This document shows positions 62,535-64,000 of a DNA stretch of 64,000 nucleotides, piece by piece (position 1 is the stretch's first letter; each line of letters begins with the position of its first letter). A model generated the notes under the pieces. It was not told where the DNA came from. It was given only the letters and a program-made list of their open reading frames with translations, and made no database searches. Made by a program: the position numbers and the translations under genes. Origin of the DNA: Mytilus californianus (lineage: Eukaryota); contig NW_026262668.1 of NCBI RefSeq assembly GCF_021869535.1, positions 97,278,001 through 97,342,000 on the forward strand, in the 5' to 3' direction.

Positions 62535-64000
62535 ATTTAAATTCTCCCTCATGAATTCGTCCGAATTTAAAACATTTCTATACTAAATACATGGCTAAAT
62601 AAGAGACAAGTCATAATTTAGGTTTGTTTGCTCGCAGTAACTTTCTTATTTTCTCAGCGAAACAACATTTAATATCTTGTAAACATTTTACAAATTACAA
62701 AAATATACCACAATTCCATCTATATACATTCACAATGTCCTCTAAATACATATCAATACAAACATAACTGTAATATATTATGCAGAGCTTAACGTTAACT
62801 TCGTCTATCAAAGTTACTGGAGCACATCGATAATAATCAAACGTAATCAGGACTTATATATGCCTATAAAACCCCACCCGTACTACCGCCCTCGAAATAT
62901 TCGTGCAGAAAACAACAGTAACATCAGACCACTTCTGATTTACATACTAGCCAAACTTGTACCACAAGTCTAAAGATAGAAATAGAATAGGGAAATTCCA
63001 AATATAACGGAATAGAAATAAATTTAAATTCTCCCTCATGAATTCGTCCGAATTTAAAACATTTCTATACTAAATACATGGCTAAATAAGAGACAAGTCA
63101 TAATTTAGGTTTGTTTGCTCGCAGTAACTTCGATAAAACAAAGGAATAAATAATTTGAGAACTATATGCCAAGATTCAAGGAAACAGCCATTTGAGATTT
63201 TAAATTGTCTTTAATATACCCATCTTTGGCTTTATCAGAAGCCCATCTACCGTGGACTTTAAGTAACCTATCAGAGACTCCTCTATTAGCCCCCGTAGAA
63301 GCGCCACCACTTCTCAAACTATGAAGCCCAAACTTAAGCTTATCTAAACCAATATCTGATAAACTCTCTAACAAAATTTCTCTCGCTCTGGTATAGGACA
63401 ATGGACTATTTATATTACATAATTTATAAACATCTTTCGATTTCATAAAAGACAGTGCTCTGAAAATATAGCTATCAGAATTTTTGCTCAATTCAGCTAA
63501 ATTGATATACTTATTTAACCAAAAAACTGGACATAAATCTGTACCTGTTGCAGCTATAACAACAGAATTACCCCTTCTGTATAAATCAGTTTTGCTTTTA
63601 TCAATGCGAATTTTAACATGACTGACTTGAAACTCAATATAATTCATCTTAATGTTAGCCAATTCACTATACCTCAAAAATCCAGAAAATCCTAACAGAA
63701 ATAATACTACTACACGCAATTTTTTGAGATTATTATGATCTCCGAACTTCAAAACAATTTTCCTTAATATATCTGGCGTAATAGGTTCTTTTTTGTTTAT
63801 AGGTTTACTTAGCAATCTCCTTCCTCCTTCATAAATAAGACCAAGGAATTTGTCTGAACAAGGATTATGTTTGAAATTAAAGTCATGAAACCATTTTATT
63901 GAATAAAAACTTGCATCTAAAATCGCAACACTGGATCCCTGTTGAATGAGTCCACCTATATACATAGAAATCGTAGTAGTTGTCGCTGGTAAACACTCAA
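62535..64000 (-). mobile_element. 3' end of a Ngaro-type tyrosine-recombinase retrotransposon with split direct repeats
   Basis: YR ORF followed by an identical 109-bp direct repeat (63022-63130 and 62535-62643) around a 378-bp spacer, matching the B1-A2-B2 layout. Confidence 0.8.
63162..64000 (-). CDS. Tyrosine recombinase of a DIRS/Ngaro-type retrotransposon (N-terminus outside window)
   Basis: Catalytic residues intact: FLRYSEL (R), KSKTD (K), HSLRSGG (H-x-x-R), HGRW, DGY (Y). The frame stays open to the window edge. Confidence 0.92.
   Translation of the reverse strand, partial: ECLPATTTTISMYIGGLIQQGSSVAILDASFYSIKWFHDFNFKHNPCSDKFLGLIYEGGRRLLSKPINKKEPITPDILRKIVLKFGDHNNLKKLRVVVLFLLGFSGFLRYSELANIKMNYIEFQVSHVKIRIDKSKTDLYRRGNSVVIAATGTDLCPVFWLNKYINLAELSKNSDSYIFRALSFMKSKDVYKLCNINSPLSYTRAREILLESLSDIGLDKLKFGLHSLRSGGASTGANRGVSDRLLKVHGRWASDKAKDGYIKDNLKSQMAVSLNLGI

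Noticed and set aside
25017-64000. Prokaryotic or phage reading of YbeY, DnaJ and an integrase-like recombinase
   Set aside because: YBEY and DNAJC1 are split by GT-AG introns, and the recombinase has retrotransposon-type terminal repeats.

Overview
AT-rich eukaryotic genomic DNA with GT-AG introns and a heavy transposon load. The repeat families suggest a bivalve, most likely a Mytilus mussel (inference from recognised repeats, not a search). Two spliced genes could be rebuilt by hand on the minus strand with consistent phases: YBEY (3 exons, 167 aa) and DNAJC1 (10 exons, 537 aa). Two plus-strand ORFs are unrecognised: a secreted acidic-block/Arg-block protein (13717-14184) with a TATA/CCAAT promoter, and an intronless 228-aa basic ORF divergent from YBEY. 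Mobile DNA includes the 3' end of a young tyrosine-recombinase retrotransposon with Ngaro-type split direct repeats, a 5'-truncated LINE, CR1, Penelope and hAT relics, a tRNA SINE, many MITEs with readable TSDs, satellite-carrying HINE/pearl-like elements, and a decayed hammerhead retrozyme in DNAJC1 intron 1. The most unusual signals are the orphan secreted polyampholyte and three 34-40 bp hairpins with 7-bp TSDs that look like P-element excision scars. All coordinates were counted by hand and no database search was run.
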